From Ophelia neglecta (Eukaryota): DNA of 64,000 nt. The notes under the pieces are model-generated. The model searched no databases. It was not told the DNA's origin and saw nothing but the letters and a program-made list of their open reading frames with translations. Where the stretch lies: NCBI GenBank assembly GCA_965285935.1, contig OZ260662.1:65162001-65226000 (forward strand). Reading direction: 5' to 3'. The stretch's first letter is position 1, and each line of letters begins with the position of its first letter. Positions 12,408 to 23,705 of the stretch are shown piece by piece. The translations under genes were made by a program, and so were the position numbers.

Positions 12408-15400
12408 CTGGAAGTGAAAGAAAATTTAAATGAACGTTTGATATTTAAGACAACGACGTCTATGTGGATCCCCAAGCAAACAATAGGCCTATTCATTGCG
12501 GCTGAGGCGGTGACGCGGATAATTCTCCACCACAGACTAACACTGTGACACCATACATGCATTAACAACGTGAAGAAACAGCCCTTGCAAATTTTGCTTA
12601 AGTAAATGCATCTGAAATCACCATATCAAAGGTTCTATTAATTAATTTGAAAGATCAGTCATATTACAACTACTCACGACGCTCGCAGTTAACTCCAGTT
12701 CTGTCCCCAGTGCATTTGCATATGTAGTGTCTCATGGCTGGAATGCATTGGCCAGCATTTAAACACGGGTTACTGCGGCACTCATCAAAATCTAGAAACC
12801 AAAACGGGTAGACATGTAAATAATAATGATAGCTCTAGTCCCGAATGCTAATATGTGTATCCAAGACATACAGGAGGTAACGTTTTCATCTCTATAGGTA
12901 ACACGTGAATAGTTGATAAGGTAAATATGGAAAAATGATATATGACAGGCAAAGAATGAATAAGAACTGATCAAAATATATACCCACCATCACATATGGC
13001 ATCAGTTATGTTTGGCAATAGTTTAGGCACGTCGGAATATTTTGCCACTGGGAAAATGTTGCTTTTAACCGGTCTTGATGCCATCCCGCGGATCTCCAGA
13101 TTGTTGATGTCATTCTCAATGCTGATCACTATCAAATGGATCCCCGCTGCCCTCGTTTTGATAGCGTCCGGTAGGGTCTTTTCCCGGTCCACAGTGGAGG
13201 CCCCGTCTGTGATCACAACAGCAAAATTGGGCACTTTGTCTCTGTCGCCATTTGATGAACTGAAAAAATTCCGTAGCATTCGCATTGCGGAGGCCGTATT
13301 TGTTCGACCTCTGGTGTATGGGATGGCGTTTGTAGCAGCCATGACATCTTCTTTTAGTTTGTACTTGTTCAAAGGGATCCTAATCTGTGCGTCGTCAGCA
13401 AAAGTAATGACACCGACCCTGACTTTGTCATTGACCATCTCCAAAGACCTGATTATATTACTTACAAATTCCATGACCATTCTGAAACGATGCTCTCTTA
13501 TACTTCCAGAGGAATCGATCACAAAGGCGATATCTGCATCACCAGGGCAATCTGAGAAGGAGAACAAAATGTGTATGAATATGAATGAATCTAGCTTAGG
13601 CCTTACTGTTACCTGGTCAATCAAGACTGCGATTTATTTTCGCAGGTAACATCTTACTTTGCTGACAATCCACCCCAGTGTAATCATCAGTGCATTGACA
13701 TTCGTAGCTGTTGATCTTGTCGAAGCACTGCCCACCATTGAGACAAGGGTTACGCTTGCAGTTGTCATTTTCTGAAAAAGTCGTGCATTTTCTATTGTAA
13801 CAGTCTATTTTTGTACAGACTCACAATTGGACCGGCCACATATTGTTAGAAACATTTCTTTAAATGTATCTTCAATATAATGCTCTTTGAACTAAGTTTG
13901 GATTTATCTACCGTGCTAATTTGATTTTTAATTTTTTTTTAAATCTTGTTTAGCCTAAAGAGAGCTCACGTATTGCTCACTTACCATTACAAACATTGGT
14001 GATAACAGCGCTTGTGAGCTCGTTCAGTCTCGAGGTGTCCATGGCCTCTATAAAATTCATGTTATCGGGGTCAGAAGTGATCCCTTTCAGTTCCCGACGG
14101 TTGTACTCACTTCCCACTTTAATACCTACCGCCAAAAGGGTAATACCGGCTTCGTGGGCAAGAATTGCCTCCTAAAAGGAACAATATTGACAGGTTGAGA
14201 ACGGGCGGCTTTAGAGCATATTGCAGCTCACTAGATGAATATTTAAATCAGAAAATATTGATCCCCTAGATAAGCGAAACATTTCATTTTTCTTCCTCAA
14301 TATTAAGGCAGAATGCCACGTATCAAACGGACCATGAATGGTATTTTGTTATTCGTATTTTTGCCTTATGTAAAAAATAATCAAATACAACTTCTGTGCA
14401 ATGTTGTTCTAACCTGGAATGTGTTCTGCCTGTTTGAGGACCGACCGTCTGTTAGTAGTATACCAATATTGGGATATTCCGGACGATCGCCGTTATCCAA
14501 CGTAAACATGTTTTGGCGGATGTAGCGTAGGGCTGCTGCCGTGTTAGTGACCCCGTTCTTGCTGGGATAACTTATGGCATTCACTATTTCTGATTTATTC
14601 GCATACTTATTCAGGTGGAATTCGAGGTTTACACTATTACTGGAAAAAAAGAACAGATACTCCTATGCCTTCAGTACTTCTAACGTTACAGTCTGCTATC
14701 TATCGATACACTACTCATGATAACATAATAGCTTTTAAAATAACGAAGTGCAAAAGTGCATGCAATATTTTAATATACATTGCATACCATATCGCACGAT
14801 GACATGTTTACCATGATCAATGGATGTGGTTTATGTTCTAGCGTATACCTACCTGTAGGTGAGCAGTCCGACGCGAGTTTTGCCCTCGGGTCCTGTCGCT
14901 AGTCCCCGTGCTATTTCCTTCACAAATTGCATTACATCATAGTGTCCCTGTATTCCCATACTGGCCGAGGCGTCGACAGCTATCACAACGTCTGCTGTTT
15001 TGCTACATGCTAAGAATAGAAAACACTTCAACCTCAAATAACCATGATAACAATTCCACTATTTATAACAGTCTACCTTACAAAATCAATGCGTTATAGA
15101 TCAATCTGACCCAAAATTGAGTGTTTTTGTCAAGCAGGGAGAAAAGAGTCGAAACAATCGAGCATCTTCTATAAGCGAACGTGGTAACCATCCGTTGTTT
15201 CCTGTATTGTACACTTAGAGAGAGGAGCTGGGAATTCTTACTTATTTCACAGTTGATTCCGGCGAAGCCCGGGGGACACATACACTCGTAGTAGTTGACA
15301 AGGTTGACACAGGTTCCTAGGTTGTAGCAAGGGTTACTCGAACACTCGTTGGGTTCTACATAATAAGCAGAAAAGGGTAAAAATGTGGAATGTGGAATAA

Positions 15401-18400
15401 CAGGACGTGATTGCAGTTGATACCTGTTGTCCTACAGAAACCTAGATCATTCGGTCTAAGTGACAAGCAGTATGGATCTATTTGTTTTTTCTTTATGTCT
15501 AAAAACACACTCCCACTTAAGGTTATTCATTTACGAATTATGTTGTGGAATACTATGCCTTCCTACATATTATTAAATGAGGTATTGTGTATTTTATAAC
15601 TTCTTTACTTGATTATTCTTTAAATGCGCTTTCATTCTTTTACTAGCCTCATATCAAAATATCATCAGACCTTGAGAAATAACCCAGTCATTCCTGACTG
15701 GTTAATTGCTAAGACATAATATTCTTTAAGTGTTTCTTCCTAAAGATTAAAACTGTTTACCGTTACAGATTGCTGATTTCAGGGGTCTATATATTTGTTG
15801 AATGTTAGCGAAGTCCTCCACCGTCATCACGTTGAGGGGGTCGGGATCTGAGGCCATCTCGTTGATCTCCCACATGTTAACCCACCCCGTCAAGGCCACC
15901 ACTACCACGGTGATACCGGCCAATCTGAGAATCATACAACCGTGTTCATATGCGCGCCACATGGAAAATATGTTGTTTTGTGTTTTCAAGTCGGTGCCTT
16001 TATGTAAAGGGTCACAAGCCTATATTGTCGTTTGGTCGTGCGCAGACTCAAACAGTACCAATCTATGAACACACTGTATTGCAATAACGGAATTGTATAA
16101 TAGTTGTTATTCAGCTTCATTTTTTCGGCTATCTTTTTATATCTATCTCTGGCAATATATATCTTACAAAGCTAGTTGGATTACTATATTTACAAAATAA
16201 TACTAGTTATATAACATCCGAGCCTTACTTTGTTGTCTTGGCTTCTCTGACTGTTTCCTCAAAATTATTGCTGCCTCCGTCCGTAAAGAGGACAATAACA
16301 TTTCGGTCATCTGGTCTGTCCCCGTTAGCGGGGGTGAACATTTCTACCCGGGCTCTCCGCAGGGCATCGGCGGTGTTGGTGGTGCCGGGCGAGAAGCGGA
16401 TGGCGTCCAAAGCATCAATCGCCTTAAGACGGGTGTCATGGGTATTCAAATGCCACCTGGTTATTTATTAAGATAGAAGAGAAATGAAACGAAGGTTTTC
16501 CTGAACGATACTAGTATACTCTGTAATTTCGAATTCAGCAGGTCTTATGTAACAAGGGTCTAGCTAGCAGAGCGAACCTGTATCGCGTCTACCCATAAGA
16601 GAGTGTCCGTACCCACACCCCGACCCCGGGCTGTGGCGTTGTGGAAGATCATATTTTGAATAGGCCTATATAAAATAATGATTGTGCACTACACAGTATA
16701 TACCTGACACGGGCGTTGTCGTTGTAGGTCATCAGCCCCACTCTGGCTAGTCCGTTGTCGATGTTAGTGTCGATGATGAGATCTCTGATAAACCGTTTGA
16801 TTATGGCGAAGTTAATGGAGCCCACACTGCCGGAGGAGTCCAGTATGATCACCCAATCTCCGTTCTCCGAGCAATCTACATGTACACGTGTAAATATGAA
16901 TGTTATGACTCGCATTTTATCTGTTCCATGATGTTATCTATAAACATGTAAACGTTAGGCTATTGCTTTTTGAACATGAAACAGCATTTTTAATTTTATT
17001 ACGTAGGCCTAAAAACATGGTAGCCGGCAAATTTGGATTGAGGGCTCAATGCAACATGGCTCCCTGCCACTCTTAGGAAGGAGGAGTAAAGCTATCGAGG
17101 TTTTGCCACCTCCCCCCCCCCCCCCCTCAGCCTGATGATATTGCTCCTTTAATAGTAAGCCTTACTTGCTCAGATAAAATTGAAACATAATGATGGACTC
17201 CTCTGTCATTGTGTTGTTTGTGGATTGCGATATGTCATAGTGGCAGAACAAGAACGGTTAAAACTTTAAAAAGTTGTCGGGTCTAACCTGAAGCGGCCTG
17301 ACAGGCTGCGGCCACAACCCGCCTCTCTATTCCGGCCAGGGCGTCGAAGCTGTCCGCGTTAAACTTGTAGTCTTTACTCGGTTTGTCTGCTATTCCTATC
17401 AACTCGTCTTCACTGACTTTCGAGCCGATGCCTGTAATAAAGGATGATGTTAGTTCAAATTGAATTTATTGGGATAATTTGGAACATTCATTCATTCCTT
17501 CATTCTTGCAAACAGTCTTGGAAGTTATAGATCAAGTTCAAATGCTATTCTGTTATTATACCCGTCTCTACCATTCTGGAGACTCTTGGCAACAGTTATA
17601 GGGTTTCGGATTTTTGTATTAATATATTTTTTGCAAGATAAGATAATGTTAGTATCGCAATCCAAAGGCAATTTTCGAGCGTTGAGTGTTTAATTATGTA
17701 TGGAGTTCACAATAGTTATGTGATATTTACAATTTTTATTATATTGTAACCGTAACCAAAGAATAAAGTCCATACAATGTAACCCCCTGTCAAAACGAAG
17801 GATGGATTTTCCTCAATAAAAAAACGATTGTCAAATCAATGAAAACGTGTGCACTTTAAATATAGATTAATAAAAATTACATATTCTCAGAAAGTTTGAC
17901 GAAATTTAAATAAACTCCTTCAATGTTCAACTCGTTTTTCTTTAAGTTATACAAGATATCCTTAAATGATATAAGCTAGGATTACGTTCAAAGTTTAAAA
18001 AAAAGGCCATATGCACCTATATTATAGGTACCGTTTAAACTCTAATTTTCAGACCATGAAAAATCATTTCAAATTATTAGACGACACTTTAATATTGATT
18101 TCAGTAATTTCCTAAATTATAGCAATTATTGGACCACCTAATCTTTTCCTAATATTTTCGTATTTTGACCACCGGGACCATAGGGCTGCAGCCTAAGAAA
18201 CCAAATACACACATATTTATGCAGTTACTATAACATGTTTGAAGCAATGTGGGGTTACGATAGGAAATCCAGTATGCCATAATAAAGGCGTTGCCAAGTT
18301 TGTCCCTGGTGTGGATCGCCATTAGAAACATAGACCTAGTACAGTCTACAGACGCTAAACTTTTCAATTGCTATATAGCTGCCAAAGTTATATTGATAAA

Positions 18401-19891
18401 GATAAAACATTTTATCCAAGTTTCACCCAGACATTAATTTGTATTTGGAACGATCGAAGATTTACAAGCCTGCACTTCGGGCTTGGATGTATAACAGATT
18501 AGGCAATACGTTTATCGTACTTTGATTTAAATACTTTGTAGCAGTCTTTTCAGAGCTGTATAAAATCGCAGAATCTTGTCGTTTGAAAACAGTAGACACG
18601 GCCGATGTTTGGGACACATTTGATGTGTGTTCGTATTTTTCGACCACCCGTTTGCCAAGATTTTCTATAATGTTTTAATTCTCAAACTATTTGACCAAAT
18701 AGTATAGTAATTAACTAACAAATGGTCCAAAAATTGGAATAAAAACGGTAGGTCTTTTATCAATTGAAAAAATGCTATGCAACTGTCAATTGTTATCTTC
18801 ACACCCACAGCATGGATTCTCTTAACAAAACTGACGTGTTAATAGCAGCATGTCTTATACAACGTTCGATGGATGCATTTTTCATTTACACATATACGAT
18901 CAGTCATGCAAATTAATTCCAGCTTGTCGATTTTTGTAAAACTTACCAATGGCAAACATGATAATACTTTTCCTAGCAGTGTTTGCTTCTGGGATGGTTA
19001 GGTTGGCGTCCCTGGTCGACTCGCCATCAGTTATTACAATACCGATATTAGTGGCATTTTTTCGATCGCCTGCCAAAGGTAAAAACGGGAGGTTTAGTAT
19101 AAGCCAAGAATCCACGATAAGGTATTCTGTGCTTAATTGATACGACCCGCCTAATATCATACATTATATTAATGAGAGCACTTGCCATTTTCTGTAGTAA
19201 ACATGTCCCTGTACATAGTCCGGATTCCCCCGCTGGTGTTTGTCTCTTGATCTTTCCAAGCAATATTGTCAATGGCGTCTAAAATCTGATCTGACGAATT
19301 GTAGGCATTCAGGTGAAAAGCCACGGTGGCCTCGTTCCCAAAATAATTGATTCCAATTCGAACATTGTCCGATCCGATATTGAAAGCTCTGACTATGCCT
19401 TTAGTGAAATTAAGCACCTTTAACCAGTTCTGGAGACCAATGGAGCCTGAGGAGTCCAACACAAAAACTATGTCGGCTACATAGCAGCTCTCGTCAGCTG
19501 TCAAGGAAGGAAACATTATTAACATTGACATTCTAAATCCGATGGTAGAGATTTAAAATTTTGGCCGTTTAGTAGGATAGTATGCTTAGATTGTTTTACC
19601 CCTGAAATTAAAATAGGTTGGTATCCACTGAATGTGAATTTATATTGATAAATAAATAATGTTATGAAAATAAGATCATTTTGAATGGCCCTTTTTCCGG
19701 CATGCTTCAAGTCATTAAAGTGTAATGATGTAGTTATCGTAAGCCTTACCTTGTCTTTTTGTTCTATGCAAGACTTCTTTCTCTGTTTTTTCTATTGGCA
19801 CGGAATTGGCAAACGCAATAACACACAATAATACTACTAATGTTCCTCTGAGAAATCCGAGTAATCTTGGCAACCTCATGGAGCCAGCCAT
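11839..19891 (-). CDS. Gene B (complete CDS, about 1109 aa): secreted SP-pro-VWA-VWA-EGF-VWA-EGF-VWA-EGF-VWA protein (matrilin/collagen VI-type VWA domains). join(19891..19750,19497..19186,19069..18947,17431..17288,16875..16704,16456..16229,15924..15761,15355..15242,15009..14853,14639..14414,14171..13985,13771..13658,13551..12988,12791..12678,12407..11839)
   Basis: 15 exons sum to 3330 nt, with compatible phases and no internal stop. Five DxSxS/T/TDG MIDAS sets, three 6-Cys EGF domains, ends LCQ-stop. Confidence 0.9.
12678..12791 (-). CDS. Gene B exon: EGF3 ([38 protein letters not shown])
   Basis: 114-nt phase 1-1 EGF exon. Confidence 0.92.
12988..13551 (-). CDS. Gene B exon: entire VWA4
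   Basis: 564-nt phase 1-1 exon; DSSGS/RTNT/TDG; Cys at both ends. Confidence 0.93.
13658..13771 (-). CDS. Gene B exon: EGF2 ([37 protein letters not shown])
   Basis: 114-nt phase 1-1 EGF exon. Confidence 0.92.
13985..14171 (-). CDS. Gene B exon: end of VWA3 ([16 protein letters not shown]...TSDPD...NVCN)
   Basis: Translated by hand; phase 0-1. Confidence 0.88.
14414..14639 (-). CDS. Gene B exon: VWA3 middle (LEFHLN...VTNTAAAL...LLTDGRS...TFQ)
   Basis: MIDAS T and D; phase 2-0. Confidence 0.9.
14853..15009 (-). CDS. Gene B exon: start of VWA3 ([16 protein letters not shown]...)
   Basis: DxSxS; phase 1-2. Confidence 0.9.
15242..15355 (-). CDS. Gene B exon: EGF1 ([36 protein letters not shown])
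   Basis: 114-nt phase 1-1 exon with 6-Cys EGF spacing. Confidence 0.92.
15761..15924 (-). CDS. Gene B exon: end of VWA2 (LAGITV...EMASDPD...AICN)
   Basis: ASDP motif, closing Cys; phase 2-1. Confidence 0.9.
16229..16456 (-). CDS. Gene B exon: VWA2 middle (WHLNTH...TTNTADALR...[10 protein letters not shown])
   Basis: MIDAS T and D; phase 2-2. Confidence 0.9.
16704..16875 (-). CDS. Gene B exon: start of VWA2 ([17 protein letters not shown]...)
   Basis: MIDAS; phase 1-2. Confidence 0.9.
17288..17431 (-). CDS. Gene B exon: end of VWA1 ([18 protein letters not shown]...VAAACQAAS)
   Basis: Translated by hand; phase 1-1; closing Cys. Confidence 0.88.
18947..19069 (-). CDS. Gene B exon: VWA1 ([18 protein letters not shown]...MFAIG)
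   Basis: TDG motif; phase 1-1. Confidence 0.9.
19186..19497 (-). CDS. Gene B exon: VWA1 N-terminal part (ends at a GC donor)
   Basis: [16 protein letters not shown]; donor G|GCAAGT. Confidence 0.88.
19750..19891 (-). CDS. Gene B exon: signal peptide + propeptide [47 protein letters not shown]
   Basis: Translated by hand; hydrophobic core, AFANS cleavage region, RTKR furin site; acceptor at 19904-19905, phase-1 GTAAG donor. Confidence 0.88.
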
Positions 19892-21539
19892 GTTTGTAAA
19901 ATGCTGAAATACGTAAACACATACTATGTATTCCTAGGTTCATTGCAGCAAACTAAAACTGACAGAAAATTAATTGGATGCGTTTAGGTCAAGGAAATCC
20001 CCCACCCCTCTCTCGGGAACATCCCCCACCCTTCTCTTAAGGGTCAAGTCAGGAAAATCCCCAATCCCTCTCCCCTCCACAAACACACCCATGCCCCTCA
20101 TCCTCTCTAGCCTATTCCACCCCTTTGCACCTTGTCCTCGTCTGTTTTTTTTACTAAAAAAGTGTCACGTTCAGAGGCGTGCTTCTTTTATAAGAACTGG
20201 TAAATTTTTACATGTGTTGACTCTGAGTAAATACTATTAATGATATTTAAGGTAAAAGCAAATATTTGTAACGAACTAGGAACTTCGTACACATAAATGT
20301 GATATGACAACTATATATGAACACTTCACGTTAATATGATCAGATTTCAAATCCCTAAATTAACATGCTCATGCAACACATACAAAGCCCATCCCTTGTT
20401 TGCTCACGAGAAAAATTGCAATATGCAATCTGCTCCTTGAATCGAGGAAAAACTTTAAAACTAGATATGATTTACAGTTCTTTGAAATGAGAATAAAAAT
20501 GAGGATTTAACTATGTGCAATTTGAAAGTTCAATACCAACAGGGAGACACTTGTCATGATAAGATATGATAATAATATTTAGGCTTTGAACCACTTTTTG
20601 TATTTGTTTAATAACTTCTTCGGACCTCCCAAAGGTTCAAGCATGCACTGCCTGGTTTGCAAAAGTTTCTGCGAATATGGAATACGGTCATGCGTCTACT
20701 CAGGCCTCCATGGACCATAATACAGCAGGATAGTTGAAAACGTTGTCTGCGGAAATCCAAACCTAAACTGCTTTGCACTCTGAACTAACGTTATTTTTGG
20801 TAACAAATAACAGATAAGACTTGGTGTCACTTTCCCTATACAATTATGAAAATTGTGGGAAACCGCATCAACTATGCACTAGTACTCTCTAAATTTCAAT
20901 GGACTCGCTTGGTTGAATTTTGCTATAACTTTAACGGCCACTGAAAAGAAAAACAATGGAGAAGTACAGTTTATATCAGAAACAGAAGAGTACAGGTAAT
21001 GTAGTTTGAGTAAAATGCACTCTAACTACCAAAGCTGCACCCTTCTGTTTATTTTAACATAATGTGATGAATGCCCTCTACCGGAAGCTGGGGTGCTGAG
21101 TTCACAACCAGTTCTTAGAGATATGTAGGAGTTTCAGGGGGACTGATAGAGTTAACCAGAAATGATTGGAGCCACTTTTCTCAGTGACACTATTAGAATT
21201 CATCTAGATCTAGATCCCAAAAGTTAAAAACATCATTTTAAATTATAGAAACAGATTAAACGTATCCCTGAATTGATATATGAAAATGAACTTCAAATTG
21301 AAGAAACATACAATCAAATTAAAATAATATATGTTTGATTCTAGCCTATCAGCTAGATTATGATTACTAGATAAGTAAACCATACCTCAAAGTTGAAGAA
21401 AAAGATATTTAACATATCAGCAACAAGGTCCTATAGAAATGATATCCTTGTTTCCAATTAAATATGTCTGGAAACAATATTATATAATATATGGTAATAT
21501 ATAACATAGGTAGTATATTTCCTGAGTCGTTGTCTATTA

Positions 21540-21575
21540 TTGCTGATTGGCATCACAAGGTTTTCCTATATATAA
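21540..21575 (-). promoter_or_regulatory. Candidate TATA box + initiator for gene B
   Basis: Minus-strand TATATATA at 21574-21567 and TCAGCA about 30 nt downstream (A at 21544); GAG|GTATG donor at 21386. Confidence 0.35.
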
Positions 21576-22974
21576 GAAGGCAGTGTTCCCAACAACCGCA
21601 ATATCCGCAGGGTAATCATCTTTGTGTAGAAGAGGAATTTCCTCTTGTTGACTTAATGAAGCACAATATAGCGCCTCTTTCTATAGCAAGGTGATACACA
21701 CGTGTCGTGATTGCCCTTATCGGTGACGAACAGGTGCAATTTTCAACAATGAATCTCAAAAATGCTCTTCTTGTTGCTTCTTACCTAACACACCGCCTTG
21801 ACAGGATTGAAAAGGCAAACAATCGACACAATTGTGTAACTATTTATAAAACGTGAATCGATAAACATCCTACACAAACCTTGGTGACAGAGGGATGAGA
21901 GTATTACTATAGTGATTTGATGACTATAGAATGCAAGCTAGCTATATCAAGTACTCGCCTCAATTTTCAAAAGAATTGTATAGTTTTTAAAGGTTGTATA
22001 CTCGATGCGTGAGCCTGTTTTAACCAAGTAGCTTATTTTGTAGTCTTCCCTTGACAAACATCATGTCGTCTGCTACTTTTACAGAATTTTTCAGAGTTTT
22101 TCGCACCGGGATTCACATTCCCGATGAATCATGTGGCTCGACGGGCCTTGTCGGGTCCATGTTCGCGTGCACCGCGCCTATTTATAGCCTACTGTCACAG
22201 TCCTCTTTGATACTATCAGAAAACCTGAATTTCTTTCTAAAAAGTTGTAGAGAATTGACTTTATAGATAAAATACACATCTTAAATTCACTCAATCCTCT
22301 CTGGTATGCGACTGGAACTGTACATTGGATATTAACGCCTAAGCATGTTTTTACTAAGGGTTGGGCTTGATGAAAGAACTGGATTTTAATGTCCTGCCAC
22401 GCATTCCATCGTCAGTCGGTCACATTTGGTGTTTATTTTATAACGTGTTTGTTAAATTTCATAAATGGCCGAGTTTAAGTCTGAAAGGAACTACAACAGT
22501 TCCGACTAGGATCACGAAGCAGTCGAGGCGTTTACCTTGGCATATAGCTGGTATAGTTTTGTGCTAAGTTGGTGTGCGTTTCGTGATCACATAAAGTCTG
22601 AGACGTGCAACAGGGACAGACACACTTCTTTCTTTTATCGGGAAAACGTGGCCACGGGAGCCGTTATTGGGCTTCATTCAAATAATCAAATATCCTTTTG
22701 AATGCCTAAACTAATAATCTCACACTGTTATGTCGTGAATGAGCGCAAACTTATGTGTGCAACATAGCTAGGACGTAAATCCACATATCAACACAACAGT
22801 TACCTCAAGTTTACTTTACTGTTGAAGTGGCATACAATGATGCGATAATCAAGATTAATACGACACACGGAAAAAAGTATGATCTAAGAAGTATAATCTA
22901 TGAGAAGGCGCTATAGGGAAGGCTAGAGACATTGTTATGCTCAAAACCTAATTATTTCATTCATCCTTAAGTAG

Positions 22975-23470
22975 CCCCTACCCCACTGGAGTTTACACTT
23001 AACCTATCACTATGCCAAACCCCAACACCAACCCAACTCCTATCCAAACACTCACCCTAACACTACCACTACCCCAACAATCACCCTAACCCCTGCCCCA
23101 ACATTCACACTATCGCCTACCCCAACTCTCATCCTCAGATCTACTCCAACACACACCCAAACCAATACCTCAACACTCACCCCTACCACTACCCAAATTC
23201 ACACCCAAACCCCTATCTCAACTCTAACCCTTACGCCAATACATACCTCAATCACTACCCCCCACCCCCCACCCCACCCCCAACCCCAACACATACCCCA
23301 ACACTCACCCCAACCACTACCCCAACTTTCAACCTAACCCCTGCCCCAGCGCTCACCCCAAAACTTACCCCAACCCTCACCCTAACCCCTGCGCCAACAC
23401 TCACCTTAGCTCCCGCTACAACATTCACCACTTCCGACCACAACACTCACCCTAACCCCTACCCTAAAGT
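22975..23470. repeat. Degenerate C-rich hexamer array (CCCTAA/CCCCAA/ACACTC), telomere-repeat-like
   Basis: 6-bp periodicity with several perfect CCCTAA units and strong strand asymmetry. Confidence 0.8.
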
Positions 23471-23574
23471 GTCGTTAAGCCCCAAAAATCCAAAATCCAA
23501 ATCCTACCCTAAAGCACAGCCTACTCTTCATCCCAACACTCGCCAAACTGACCACGGGCTAATTGTTACAGGAT

Positions 23575-23705
23575 GATAGGCTTTGGTAAAAACTCGTTGG
23601 CGATGGTGGAAAAATTGACGATATTAGGGGATGGTGAAAAATGGTAGGCGATGGTAAAGAATATTACCTAAGTACGTGGTAGATGATGGTGATAAATTGG
23701 TATAA
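23575..23705. repeat. Short degenerate tandem repeat (about TGGTAGGCGATGGTGAAAA)
   Basis: About 5 imperfect copies of gatggt(g/a)aaaa. Confidence 0.55.

Noticed and set aside
12996-13649. 217-aa plus-strand ORF and other antisense ORFs over VWA exons (e.g. 11828-12157, 41032-41337, 42000-42272)
   Set aside because: Antisense shadows of real minus-strand exons, with no independent motifs.
23255-23446. Val/Gly-rich ORF
   Set aside because: Translation of the hexamer repeat.
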